From an uncultured Spirochaetota bacterium (GTDB lineage: Bacteria; Spirochaetota; Brevinematia; Brevinematales; JAOACQ01), in assembly GCA_963768055.1 (NCBI GenBank), contig CAVYGN010000002.1:1664001-1728000 (forward strand): DNA of 64,000 nucleotides. The letters are read 5' to 3'. The notes under the pieces are model-generated. The model made no database searches and was not told where the DNA came from. It saw only the letters and a program-made list of their open reading frames with translations. This document shows, one piece after another, positions 31,974-42,741 of the stretch. A program made the translations under genes and the position numbers. Numbering within the stretch: the stretch's first letter is position 1; each line of letters starts with the position of its first letter.

Positions 31974-32229
31974 ATTTCTCTAAACTCATTCACCTAAATT
32001 CATATCTGATAAAGCATTTCTAGTTATAGTAAAAGTAAACGTTTTTAAATTTCAAAAACAACACACGCCGTTATTATTGGTACAGCGCTATAATAGATTT
32101 TATTAGCGACATTCTTTCTTTATGGATTATGCCAACTTAGGAAATATTTAATCTATAATAACAATTTCCCATCATTTTCATTTTGTTTAGGCCTAAACAA
32201 ATTTAATTCGGTATAAATTCCCATCTTTA

Positions 32230-32381
32230 AAGGCAAAAAAGTACTAGAGAGCTAAAAAAAGGTACTGGAGTACTATTGACTCTCTTTGATCATATTTTAT
32301 ATAATTTATGCCATTAAAAAATTATGAACTGTCAATCTAAGGATAAATTTATAAGAAAAATGAGGTAAGACGCTTTTGAAT
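32230..32381 (+). promoter_or_regulatory. Duplicated promoter, copy 1 (export operon)
   Basis: Three A-tract/GTAC boxes then TTGACT(32276)-N18-TATAAT(32300); near-identical to 45773-45915. Confidence 0.8.
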
Positions 32382-32743
32382 ATGTAAAAATATAATTGTA
32401 AAGTGGAAAAGTGAAAAATTAAAAGAGACTATTTAAATCACATTTGCTCTTTAATTCCATTCAAAAAGTTAGTTTTATTAGTCGGGTATTATTTTTCAAA
32501 ATTTCTGGTTTGAGTGCGTCATGGTTCTTAATATTTTACGTTAAGCGAATAGGTAAAATAAGAATATGATGATAGTTTATGTATCAAGAAAAGAAAGTGT
32601 AATAATAATTTATTGATATTAACGGAGTTGAAAAAAATAGTTGTCAATAATGGATTTGACAATAAAAATATTTTATTATAGTGCTAAGTCATATTTAGTT
32701 ATTTGTCGAATATAATAACAATAAAATTTGAGAAAAATATTTA

Positions 32744-33415
32744 ATGGAGTTTGATATGAAAATCAGAGGATTGATTGCGTTGTCAGTATTGGTATTATTT
32801 TCGTGCAGCGGGCAGAAAATCGGCCCTGAAGAAGACAAAAAAGAAACCTTCCTTTTCAATAAAGCAATCATATTTTATCTCAGGAGAGATTTCAATTCTG
32901 CTGAAAAAGGATTCTTGGAAATAGTGCAGAAATACCCATCTTACACCCCGGCATACATAATGCTTGGAAAATCATATTTTTTCATGAACAGGTTTGGAGA
33001 AGCCGAAAAATATTTTAAGCAGTCCATAGATAAATCTCCTAACGTAGATTCATACATCTGGCTTTCCAAGATAGCGATTGCGAATACGAATATGAACCAG
33101 TGCCTTGAGTATCTTAATAAAGCACTGCAACTCGACATGTCAAGTCCGCTCACTCATTATGAACTGGGGAAATATTATAGAATGGCTGGACAATATGATA
33201 AAGCGATATATAACCTTAATTATGCCATTTCATATGAGGATATTTATCCTGAAATGAAAAGCGAGCTGGCTTCACTTTATATGGATCTTGGCGCAAAAGA
33301 TAAAGCCGATAAGCTTTACGGTGAAATACTTAAAAGTTCTGATGTTTCTCCGATGGTAAGATCAAATGTAATAGAAAAAATGGATAAACAGGATAAGTCG
33401 AGGAAGACTAAATGA
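32744..33415 (+). CDS. TPR-repeat lipoprotein
   Basis: LFSC lipobox; TPR patterns (AYIMLGKSYF...EAEKYF, HYELGKYY...YDKAI). Confidence 0.85.
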   Translation: MEFDMKIRGLIALSVLVLFSCSGQKIGPEEDKKETFLFNKAIIFYLRRDFNSAEKGFLEIVQKYPSYTPAYIMLGKSYFFMNRFGEAEKYFKQSIDKSPNVDSYIWLSKIAIANTNMNQCLEYLNKALQLDMSSPLTHYELGKYYRMAGQYDKAIYNLNYAISYEDIYPEMKSELASLYMDLGAKDKADKLYGEILKSSDVSPMVRSNVIEKMDKQDKSRKTK

Positions 33416-33876
33416 AAAAAGGAATTTTATTTGTATTTACGGCTTTTGTTATTTCATTTATCTTCTTTTCCTGCGGTATTGACACTTATAGATATTCATA
33501 TATAAGGCCCTCAGAAAAAAAATTGAATTTAAAAACTTATTCGATTAATAGCGTGGAAGTATTCAATGCTGAATCCTTATTTTTAGACAAAAATGTTGTT
33601 TCCAATACAATAAGCCAGGTTTTCGATATTGTAATGGCGAATAATGGATTCAGCTCGGTCAAGGACGGGGATATTTCCGTGGATATCAAGTTATTTGTTG
33701 AAGAAAATGATGTGATCAATAACAAGCAAACTTTATCCCTCTTTTTGACTATTAATGATAAAAATTCTCCACTTGCCCAATTCATTCTAGCCTCGAAAAG
33801 CAAAGATCTTATCCTCGATAAATCCATGCTGATCAGGGAAATTAACAGCGTGGCCGATCAAATCAAACTTTTATAA
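33412..33876 (+). CDS. Small lipoprotein
   Basis: FFSC lipobox; overlaps the upstream stop. Confidence 0.7.
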   Translation: MKKGILFVFTAFVISFIFFSCGIDTYRYSYIRPSEKKLNLKTYSINSVEVFNAESLFLDKNVVSNTISQVFDIVMANNGFSSVKDGDISVDIKLFVEENDVINNKQTLSLFLTINDKNSPLAQFILASKSKDLILDKSMLIREINSVADQIKLL

Positions 33877-33888
33877 CCTGAACGGTTT

Positions 33889-35292
33889 ATGACAAGCGTG
33901 AAAATTAAGGCGATTATCGCTGCACTTATTTTCTCAACAGTTTATTCTGCAGCCGCGGCCGAGCCGTTAACCCTGCAGGAGTGTGTCAGCGAAGGCCTGA
34001 AAAATAACAAGGATATCTGCTATCTTAACGAAGAATCCTCGCTTCAAATATTGGCATTGGATGAACAATACAGAAAATTTTATCCTCAGGCAAGCCTGTC
34101 TTATGCGGAAACGGACCAGGTTAATATGAATTCTCCGGATTACAGGCTGAGGAATCTTTCGGTATCGGTATCACAGCTTATATATGACGGCAATAAGCTG
34201 GGGACTGAAATAGAAATTGAAAAGAACAATATCAGTATAAGCTTGCTGGAAAACAGCCAGAAAAGGATAGATTTTATTTTCCAGATTGTAAGCGGTTATC
34301 TTTCAATTTTAAAACAGCAAGAAAAAATCAACATCAAAAAACAACTTATTGAAACCCAGGAAAAAGAACTCAATATATCAAAGAAGAAAAATGAAGTTGG
34401 TGAGGCGACCAAACTGGATGTCCTTGAATGGCAAATTGAATGTAACCAATCTACAGTCGACGAACTGCAACTGGAAAACGATCTTGTTTTTGGAAAAATG
34501 AGCCTTATGAAGCTTTTAGGAATTGATATTGGAAATTCTTTTGAAGCGAGAGAAAAATTAGAGATAGACGTTGCTGCTTCATTCATTGATTATATAGAAG
34601 ACAGTGTTATCTCAGAAGCGCTTGAAAATTCCATCGATTTAAAAAAAATCCAAATTTCAATTATAAAAGCTAAGGAAACTTCGGTTCTTCACAATCTTTT
34701 GCTTCCCGATATCACATTGAATTTTTCTTACACAACAGATCCGAATTATTTATTTCATCCGGATGCAAGTTCATGGACAGCAGGGATTAATTTTAGCATA
34801 CCATTTTTTTTCGATGTACTTAATTTTGGTAATTCTTATGGCGGAAATATGAACGGAAGTCAAAAAAGTCAGGATCCTCAAATATCTTCGACTGTTTACC
34901 AGGATCCAAGCTTTACCAGAAAATTAAAAGAGGATGCATTTTCTTTCGACCAGCTTTCAAGTCAATATCATGACAAGATCGAAGAGATTAAACTTGATAC
35001 AAAGAAAAAATTAAGCGATTTCAAATTTCAAAAAGAAAAGATAGAAATGCTTGATGAGAAAATCAAGCTGGCTGAAGGTAAAAATACTATTTTATATCAC
35101 CAGGTACAAGTTGGTGAAGCATTACTTTCGGATTATATCAATTCATTAAACACTCTAAGTGAAATGAAAATGGAAAGAGTTGAAAGTCTTTATGATTATA
35201 CGACTTTAATGATTGAAATTTATAAAATCCGGGGAAAACTATCGGAAGATATCGTCAAATCATTATATAAAGATTTTCTTAAAGAGGTCTAA
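33889..35292 (+). CDS. TolC-family outer membrane channel
   Basis: LTLQECV..GL.NN, VSQLIYDG, GEATKLDVL, PDITL; operon context. Confidence 0.85.
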   Translation: MTSVKIKAIIAALIFSTVYSAAAAEPLTLQECVSEGLKNNKDICYLNEESSLQILALDEQYRKFYPQASLSYAETDQVNMNSPDYRLRNLSVSVSQLIYDGNKLGTEIEIEKNNISISLLENSQKRIDFIFQIVSGYLSILKQQEKINIKKQLIETQEKELNISKKKNEVGEATKLDVLEWQIECNQSTVDELQLENDLVFGKMSLMKLLGIDIGNSFEAREKLEIDVAASFIDYIEDSVISEALENSIDLKKIQISIIKAKETSVLHNLLLPDITLNFSYTTDPNYLFHPDASSWTAGINFSIPFFFDVLNFGNSYGGNMNGSQKSQDPQISSTVYQDPSFTRKLKEDAFSFDQLSSQYHDKIEEIKLDTKKKLSDFKFQKEKIEMLDEKIKLAEGKNTILYHQVQVGEALLSDYINSLNTLSEMKMERVESLYDYTTLMIEIYKIRGKLSEDIVKSLYKDFLKEV

Positions 35293-35293
35293 A

Positions 35294-36805
35294 ATGAAAA
35301 AACGTCCTGATAATAAATTGCAGAAAATAATTGCCAATTCAAGGGATTTTGTAACAAAAATTCTCAAATTTTTCAGTACCGGATTAAAACGTCGCATTGG
35401 ATTAGGGCTTGTAGTACTGCTCCTGATAATGGTTGTTGTTTCCATATTCACTTTCAAACCGGTATTCCCGAACTTAAGCCAGGAAAAGGATCAGAAAACA
35501 AATGATATTGCTGTTATGCCTGAAATCAAGGTTTCCCGGATAGAGAAAAGGGGAATTACGGACGAAGTGAACACTTACGGAACAGTTTCTTATTACCAAA
35601 AGGTTAATGTAGTATCTAAAGTGGAAGAAATCGCGGATAAGGTTAATGTCAATATCGGAGATTATGTAAACAAGGACCAGGTTTTGGCAGTAATGAAGAA
35701 TGAATATATAAAATTGGGCGTCGAATTAGCTAAGGAAGACGTGAGAGGCAAGGAAGCATCTTTCGAGTTATCGCTCGCAAAATACAGCAATGCTCTGCTG
35801 GGTGTCGAAAAAAATATTGGGTCCCTTGATAGACTTAGGATAGAAGAGAAACAAAAGAAACTTGAAATTGCAAATGCAGCCAGGATCCTTTCGAATAAAG
35901 ATGAGCTTCTTAGCGTAGAGGGCGTTACAAAGGAACAGTACAAAGATGCGGAAAGCAAGTACGATATTGCCATGCTTGAGCTTGACTCCATATTGAAAGA
36001 GATACAGGTCTCTGAAATCGGTTACAGGGATTCCGATATTAAAAACGCCGGAGAAAATGTGCCTGCTGATAAGGATCAGAGACTTGAAATTTTGAAGAAA
36101 ATTAATACAAAGGTAGAAAGCGCTGAAGTCGATATAGCCAAATCAGAAATAGAAAGATCCCGTCTTCAGCTTCAAACATCCGAATTAAATTTCGATGAAA
36201 CTATTATCAAATCTCCGAATAACGGCATAATAGCAATGCGTTACATCGAACCGGGTGAGAAAGCTGAAAAGGACAAACCCATTTTTACGGTAATTGATCT
36301 CGAAAGTTTATATATAGAATTGCCGGTCCCTGAAACCGAACTGCCGACAATAAAGCAGGACCAGGTTGTAAATATTAAAATTGATGCATATCCTCAAATG
36401 ACCTTTAACGGGATTGTGGAAACAATATATCCCATAGTGGATGTGAAAACAAGAACTGCAACTATAAGGTGTAGAATAAAAAACCAGAGACTTACAAGAA
36501 ACAGATATTTATTAACACCCGGAATGTTTGTTCGCGCAAATATTGTGACATCATCAAGAAAAGACGCTCTGACAATCCCTTTCGACGGTATGGCTGAAAA
36601 GGACAACGCAAGGATAAAAGTTTTCATAATCAAAAGGAATTCAACAGACACAAATACCGGTGTTGCTGTCGAAAAATGGGTGCCGTATTCTAAAATAGCT
36701 GATACCTATATTGAGATCCTGCAAGATCTGGATGAAGGCGATTTAATAGCTGTATCAGGGCTTGATTTTCTGGAAACAGGGCTGAGAGTTAAAATAAAGG
36801 AATAA
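35294..36805 (+). CDS. RND periplasmic adaptor (MFP) with a long coiled coil
   Basis: N-terminal TM, V.IGDYV.KDQVL, IKSPNNG, IYP.VD.KTRT, LTPGMFVR; start ATG 35294. Confidence 0.9.
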   Translation: MKKRPDNKLQKIIANSRDFVTKILKFFSTGLKRRIGLGLVVLLLIMVVVSIFTFKPVFPNLSQEKDQKTNDIAVMPEIKVSRIEKRGITDEVNTYGTVSYYQKVNVVSKVEEIADKVNVNIGDYVNKDQVLAVMKNEYIKLGVELAKEDVRGKEASFELSLAKYSNALLGVEKNIGSLDRLRIEEKQKKLEIANAARILSNKDELLSVEGVTKEQYKDAESKYDIAMLELDSILKEIQVSEIGYRDSDIKNAGENVPADKDQRLEILKKINTKVESAEVDIAKSEIERSRLQLQTSELNFDETIIKSPNNGIIAMRYIEPGEKAEKDKPIFTVIDLESLYIELPVPETELPTIKQDQVVNIKIDAYPQMTFNGIVETIYPIVDVKTRTATIRCRIKNQRLTRNRYLLTPGMFVRANIVTSSRKDALTIPFDGMAEKDNARIKVFIIKRNSTDTNTGVAVEKWVPYSKIADTYIEILQDLDEGDLIAVSGLDFLETGLRVKIKE

Positions 36806-36816
36806 TAGGCGGATGT

Positions 36817-38262
36817 ATGAAAAATAAAATAATTATTCCGGCATTATTTGCATTATTCTTATTTGGATTAATAGAATGTTGCAGTTTATTTACCTCTCCG
36901 ACTGTTGTTTCCGTATCTCCCGGTAATGACCAGGAAGTGGGAACGAATTTCAGCATAACAATAGTATTTTCCAAATCAATGCATAAAGACACGGTTCAGA
37001 ACGCTTTTGCACTTTATTGTCTGGGATCTTCAGGAAATTCATCCTCGCCGGGAGCGTTAATCGAAGGAAGTTTTTCATGGGATAGCGATACAACATTGGT
37101 ATTCAGCCCATTTCAGGACCAGCTGGTTTACCCTTCCCAATATTCAATACAGATAGGGAATACGGCAGCCGATTCAGACGGCAACTCATTGGGCAATACA
37201 TATTATTCCAGATTTAAAATTATGGGAAATGCAATTTATCCAACTATTGTTGCAACATATCCTACAAACGGTGCCATTAATGTTCGCATACAAACAAATA
37301 TTACAATTCAGTTCTCGATGCCGATGGATCAGGGAAGTACGATCAGCGCATTTTCTTTAAACCCTTCTATTGCGGGAAACCTGTCATTAAAGTCCAATAT
37401 ATTGCTGTTTCAGCCATCAACCCCATTGAGCAACGGTTGCTATTATAATGTAAATGTAGCAAACACCGCCCAGGGAACCAATGGCGTTAAACTTCAAAAT
37501 TCCTACGTCTTTTATTTCCTTGCCGGCAATGGCCTGACTTTACCGGCAGTTACCGGTATCTATACAAACTTAAACAGCGCACCGCTTACAAATTACCAGT
37601 CAGGCATTGAAAAAACAAATACAAATTTCTTTATTTTATTCAATATACCGATGGACCGGGATTCTGTATACAATAACTTGAGCATTACCCCGTCAGCCAC
37701 ATATTATATTAACTGGATATCCGGCAATACCGCCGCTTTATACTTTACAACTCCACTGATCCCTTCAACAAATTATACTATATCCCTTTCTGCTGGAACC
37801 AAGAGTACATCAGGTTCCCTTCTCCAGAACAATTTCTTATTCAATTTTTACACAGACGGCCTGAATTCGACATTGCCTTTTGTTAATGATATCGTCGCGG
37901 AAACAACCGGAGGATTCGTTGATATGACTAATACAAATATTATATACTTAATACCTATTACTGCAAATACTCTTTGCATAGATGTTTCTTTCTCAGGCCC
38001 GGCAAACATAAACCTGCTTTCTCTTTATACGAATTCATCAATAACGTTTCTTTACGGTAGTGGAGATATATCGCAATCAGGGAAAATTTACACTATCAAT
38101 ATGACCGGCCCGAACAAATTCACATATACGATTACTTCGCTTTGTTTGAGTAATTATTATAAATTTTCTATGACTGGAGGAGCGAATGGAATACAGGATG
38201 TTCTGCAGAATCCTTTATCGGGTTCTTGGAATATTTATTTCTCCATTACTAATACTAATTAG
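36817..38262 (+). CDS. Ig-like (Big_5/SbsA-type) repeat lipoprotein
   Basis: PTVVSVSP...ITIVFSKSM and PTIVATYP.NGA..V...ITIQFSMPMD repeats. Confidence 0.8.
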   Translation: MKNKIIIPALFALFLFGLIECCSLFTSPTVVSVSPGNDQEVGTNFSITIVFSKSMHKDTVQNAFALYCLGSSGNSSSPGALIEGSFSWDSDTTLVFSPFQDQLVYPSQYSIQIGNTAADSDGNSLGNTYYSRFKIMGNAIYPTIVATYPTNGAINVRIQTNITIQFSMPMDQGSTISAFSLNPSIAGNLSLKSNILLFQPSTPLSNGCYYNVNVANTAQGTNGVKLQNSYVFYFLAGNGLTLPAVTGIYTNLNSAPLTNYQSGIEKTNTNFFILFNIPMDRDSVYNNLSITPSATYYINWISGNTAALYFTTPLIPSTNYTISLSAGTKSTSGSLLQNNFLFNFYTDGLNSTLPFVNDIVAETTGGFVDMTNTNIIYLIPITANTLCIDVSFSGPANINLLSLYTNSSITFLYGSGDISQSGKIYTINMTGPNKFTYTITSLCLSNYYKFSMTGGANGIQDVLQNPLSGSWNIYFSITNTN

Positions 38263-39670
38263 TTTTTTACTTTTCAATTCCTGTTCTTTTTTAGATTTCG
38301 GCCAGCCTGTAATTTCATCTGTAAGTCCTTCAGACAGCCAATCCTTAGCACAAACAAATAATTTCAGTCATGTAGAAATAGTTTTCAGCAAGAAAATGAA
38401 TGAAGGTACAGTTCAAAATGCTTTTTCATTTAAGTATGTAACAGTCGATCCTTATGAAGAATCAAATATCCCGGGAAATTTTCAGTGGAACCAGGACGGT
38501 TCCGATATGTCATTTTATCCTCAGAATTCCTGCAATTTCGGTAAATATAAAATCAGTCTTCTCCCGACAGCTAAAGACGGCGATGGAAATGATATCCTAT
38601 ACGGCACCAATACAACATTTAATATAGGAAATCAGGGGAAATATCCCATAATAGTCTCTACCTACCCGCTTAATAATGCGGCAATTCTTTCGGGTTCAAA
38701 TCTTATCATTACAGTTTCATTTTCAGAATCAATAAATACGGCATACATGTCAAGCATGTTCAGCGTAAGCCCGTCTCTTAATTACCAGATAACGGCAGTT
38801 TCGAATAATACCGTTTTTGAACTTCTCCCCCTGTCGGTTTATCAAAATGGCCAGTATACACTTTCATTTAATACAAATAGCATTATCGACCTTTCCGGCA
38901 ACATGCTCCGTCCGACGCCTAATTTATTTTTTACCATCGGGACAAATTTTAATCCCCCGCGATTGCTCGGGATTTATACCAACCCGGATGCTGTCACCGG
39001 GCCCCTGACCCTGACGAACGGCTTGAACAATATCGATAAAAATAACAATCTTTATTTTTCATTTAATAAGAGCCTCGCAGTCAATTTGAATAATATACCT
39101 ATAAATTTCAGTCCGCAGGTCAGCGGAACCTGGGCTACCAACTCAAGCGCAAATGTCCTGTCGTTTACTCCCTCTTCATACTGGAACATAGGAACCGCCT
39201 ACACTGTTACAGTTAACAGCGGGTTCAAAGATATTTTCGGGAATGTATCTCAAAACACATATCAATCTTACCTTGAAATATCAAATTCGTTTATCTTTTT
39301 AACAAATATTATTTATTCCGACTCGGGTAGCGATACGGTTAATTGGAATTCTTCAGCCCTGAATTACGGTCCTTTTAAACCAGGTAATATAACAATCTAC
39401 CTTTATTTCAGCACCTCGCTTCAGCCGGTATCCGTTTTGCCGAATATCGGGATAAATACTTTTAACAGTATAAATAACTCCATTTCAATAACCACAATAG
39501 CTTTCATGACGAATAACTCTCCGAATGACTCGATATGCGTGACTTTGATGAATCCTTCAAATTATATCCTCTACTATCTTTCAGTCAACGGAGGAACAGG
39601 CGGTCTGAGGGACATGAATCAGAACTGGTTATCCAGCAATATTAATATATTTTTCAATTTAACAAATTAG
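38186..39670 (+). CDS. Second Ig-like (Big_5) repeat lipoprotein
   Basis: FNSC lipobox; PVISSVSP..IVFSKKM and PIIVSTYP..VSFSES; paralogous to the upstream gene; start uncertain. Confidence 0.8.
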   Translation: MEYRMFCRILYRVLGIFISPLLILISFLLFNSCSFLDFGQPVISSVSPSDSQSLAQTNNFSHVEIVFSKKMNEGTVQNAFSFKYVTVDPYEESNIPGNFQWNQDGSDMSFYPQNSCNFGKYKISLLPTAKDGDGNDILYGTNTTFNIGNQGKYPIIVSTYPLNNAAILSGSNLIITVSFSESINTAYMSSMFSVSPSLNYQITAVSNNTVFELLPLSVYQNGQYTLSFNTNSIIDLSGNMLRPTPNLFFTIGTNFNPPRLLGIYTNPDAVTGPLTLTNGLNNIDKNNNLYFSFNKSLAVNLNNIPINFSPQVSGTWATNSSANVLSFTPSSYWNIGTAYTVTVNSGFKDIFGNVSQNTYQSYLEISNSFIFLTNIIYSDSGSDTVNWNSSALNYGPFKPGNITIYLYFSTSLQPVSVLPNIGINTFNSINNSISITTIAFMTNNSPNDSICVTLMNPSNYILYYLSVNGGTGGLRDMNQNWLSSNINIFFNLTN

Positions 39671-39696
39671 GCCTGTAAAGGAATAGACTCTCGTAT

Positions 39697-42600
39697 ATGA
39701 ATATATCTAAAATAGTTGTAAAGCATCCGAAAGGCACGGTAATTCTTTTTTTGTCAATAATCATATTCGGAAGCGTTTCGCTGCCTTTCATCAATAAGGA
39801 CCTTTTCCCGAAAATAGATTATCCTGTCATAACTATCGTGACATCCCTGGAGAACAAATCTCCGCAGGAAATAAGAAACCTTGTAACCGTCCCGATGGAG
39901 GAAATCCTGTCATCAACATCCGGACTCCGCAATATAAGATCCGTATCCAGATATGGGGAAAGTATCATTACTTTATATTTCGATTGGGGCATAAACCTTG
40001 ATCTAACATATATGGAAACGAGAGAAAAGCTTGATTTTGCTAAGAGTATACTTCCCCAGGGCACTTCCAGGCCTATCGCCCTCAGGTTCGATCCTAACAG
40101 CGATCCTATAATGACAATAGGAATTGACATTCTTAATAAGGACCTGGAAGGGGATGAGAGGAACTACATTAGAAAAAATATTTCCCCCCTTTTTGAAAGA
40201 ATAGACGGTGTCGCATTTGCTGAAATTGTCGGAGGGAATGAAAAGGAAATAAGGGTAGATGTCAGCCTTGATAAACTTTATGCAAACAATCTTAGCATTG
40301 ATGAAGTAGTAAAAGCGCTGGAAGAAAACAACATCGAATATCCTGTAGGCGAAATCGAGGAAAGTAAAACCTCTTTTACAGTTAACATTGAAGGAAAAAT
40401 TAATAACTATAACCAGCTCGGAAACTTTGTCGTCGGCAGGAATGAAAACGGAGTTCCAATTTACCTTCAAAGTATTGCCGATATCCACCCTGATAATAAA
40501 GAGAAAAAAATAGTTTTCAGGCTTAACGGAAAAGAAGGAGCGGCGCTTAATATTTATAAGGAAGGAGATGCAAATATTGTCAGGACAGCTGACAATATCG
40601 CTGAAAAACTGCCTTTTATCCGGGATAAAACCAAAAACGACATTTCTTATAAAATAATACTTGATAATTCAAGTTATGTAAAAAATTCAATTAATGATAT
40701 AGTTTCTTCCGCTATAATAGGTGTTATATTAACTTTTTTTGTACTTTACATTTTTCTTGAGGACTTTATCGCATCTTTCATAGTCGGAATAGCCATCCCG
40801 ATTACAATAATTATGACAATTTTTTTTATGTACCTGATGAATATCAGCATTAATTTGATATCCCTGACAGGATTATCCATAGGTATAGGGTCTATGGTGG
40901 ACGCGAATATCGTTATTATTGAAAATATAAAACGCTACATGGCAAAGGAAAATGACGACCAAACGCTGATCCATGCGGCCGGAGAGGTGAGCGCTCCCGT
41001 AATATCGTCCATCCTTACAAATATTGCCGTTTTTCTGCCTATAGTATTTGTCCAGGGAATAGCTTCGAGCATTTTCAGGGAGTTGTCATTAGTAGTTACA
41101 TTTTCCCATCTCAGCACTCTATTAACCTCAATTATGTTAACTCCCGCTTTGTATAAACTTCTTGAAAATAGAAAGATCAGGGCAATATTCAAATCAAAGG
41201 TGCATTTCGCCCATATAATCGAAAGATTTAAAAATTCGTATCTTAAAATTCTTGATAAGACTCTTGATCATATTCAAACCTTGATTGTTGTTCTGTCAAT
41301 GCTGCTTGTGATTTCAATCACAGCCCTCATGTCAAACAAGAAAGAAGTCCTTCCGATGCTATCTCAAAATTCTTTTAATATCAATATGAAATTCCCGCCG
41401 AATTATTCAATCGACAGGACTGAAGAAAGTACCGGAGAAATTGAGAGGATAATAACGGCAAACCGGAAAGCCGATTATTATTATTCCATAATCGGGGATT
41501 ATTCGGCTCTGTCATCTTTTTCACAAGCAAAGAAAAATAATGTATCAAGCCTGAAAGTTTTCCTGAAAAAAGGGGCAAATACACATGATGAAATAAATAA
41601 TGCGAAAATCCGTATTGGAAGATTCTTCAATAATACTGAAATAGGAATTGAAGAAAACCAGACTGCATTTTCAAGGCTTTTCCCTTCAGAAAACGAGGTT
41701 TATATAACGGGGACTCCTCTTGATTATATTCAAAAAATAGGAAGGTATGTAACCGATATAATTTCAAGGCAGGGCGTTTCGAATATAAGCATGTCGGCGG
41801 ATGAGGAACAGACTATCGGCCTTGTTTTCGACAGGACCGCGCTTAATAACTCGGGACTCAGTACAAAAACCGTCGCGGATATTGCAGGCATCTGTATCGA
41901 TGGAAAGGTCGCAACAAAAATCGAGACTCCGGACAACTCTGAAATGGATGTCAGGGTAAAACTCGGCGATAACATCTTTTCAGAACAGGAAAACCTTTTT
42001 AAAATTCTGCTAAAACCTCCTCATGGCCAGAATGTGCTTCTTTCAACTATTGCAACTTTGACGAATGAAACAAAAACCACGGAAATAAGCCGCTATAACC
42101 AGCAGGAAATGGTTTCAATACGTTTTTCAGACCCGGGAACTGATTTGAAAAAAATCCAGGATAATATAAAATCTCTCCAGCTTTCTAAAAATGCAGCAAT
42201 AAGCTATAGCTGGGATACGCCTGAAATAAAGAAATCCATCGGTTCACTGATGCTTGTCCTGTTATTATCAATTGTGGTTATATTCGTCATTATTGCCTTC
42301 CAGTTCGAATCCATAAGTAAATCACTCCTTATCATGGTTACGATACCCCTTATATTTATAGGACTTTCTCCGGTATTGGTGCTCTTCGGCGTTACAATCA
42401 ACGTGATTTCGCTTGTGGGAATTATTCTGCTTGTAGGTATTGTAGTCGATAATGCGATAGTCATGGTGGATTTTTACGAGAGATATAAAAAGCCTTCTAT
42501 GACGGCGCTTGAGATCAGAAACCTTGTTCTCCAGGGAAGCGGCGTACGTTTCAGGCCTATTATAATGACAAGTCTTGCAACTATAATTGCCCTTCTTCCT

Positions 42601-42741
42601 TTGATGTTTTTCCCCGGAGAAGGCATGGAGTTCCAGAGAATACTTTCAATAACAATTGCCGGGGGCTTCTTTTTTGCAACATCCATAACGCTTTTTTTCC
42701 TTCCATCGCTTTATTACATGATTGAAAAGCGGGGAAGATGA
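39697..42741 (+). CDS. RND permease subunit 1
   Basis: DLFPKIDYP, LINNs-type N/C TM blocks with SMVDANIVIIENI, GIVVDNAIV and RFRPIIMTS. Confidence 0.93.
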   Translation: MNISKIVVKHPKGTVILFLSIIIFGSVSLPFINKDLFPKIDYPVITIVTSLENKSPQEIRNLVTVPMEEILSSTSGLRNIRSVSRYGESIITLYFDWGINLDLTYMETREKLDFAKSILPQGTSRPIALRFDPNSDPIMTIGIDILNKDLEGDERNYIRKNISPLFERIDGVAFAEIVGGNEKEIRVDVSLDKLYANNLSIDEVVKALEENNIEYPVGEIEESKTSFTVNIEGKINNYNQLGNFVVGRNENGVPIYLQSIADIHPDNKEKKIVFRLNGKEGAALNIYKEGDANIVRTADNIAEKLPFIRDKTKNDISYKIILDNSSYVKNSINDIVSSAIIGVILTFFVLYIFLEDFIASFIVGIAIPITIIMTIFFMYLMNISINLISLTGLSIGIGSMVDANIVIIENIKRYMAKENDDQTLIHAAGEVSAPVISSILTNIAVFLPIVFVQGIASSIFRELSLVVTFSHLSTLLTSIMLTPALYKLLENRKIRAIFKSKVHFAHIIERFKNSYLKILDKTLDHIQTLIVVLSMLLVISITALMSNKKEVLPMLSQNSFNINMKFPPNYSIDRTEESTGEIERIITANRKADYYYSIIGDYSALSSFSQAKKNNVSSLKVFLKKGANTHDEINNAKIRIGRFFNNTEIGIEENQTAFSRLFPSENEVYITGTPLDYIQKIGRYVTDIISRQGVSNISMSADEEQTIGLVFDRTALNNSGLSTKTVADIAGICIDGKVATKIETPDNSEMDVRVKLGDNIFSEQENLFKILLKPPHGQNVLLSTIATLTNETKTTEISRYNQQEMVSIRFSDPGTDLKKIQDNIKSLQLSKNAAISYSWDTPEIKKSIGSLMLVLLLSIVVIFVIIAFQFESISKSLLIMVTIPLIFIGLSPVLVLFGVTINVISLVGIILLVGIVVDNAIVMVDFYERYKKPSMTALEIRNLVLQGSGVRFRPIIMTSLATIIALLPLMFFPGEGMEFQRILSITIAGGFFFATSITLFFLPSLYYMIEKRGR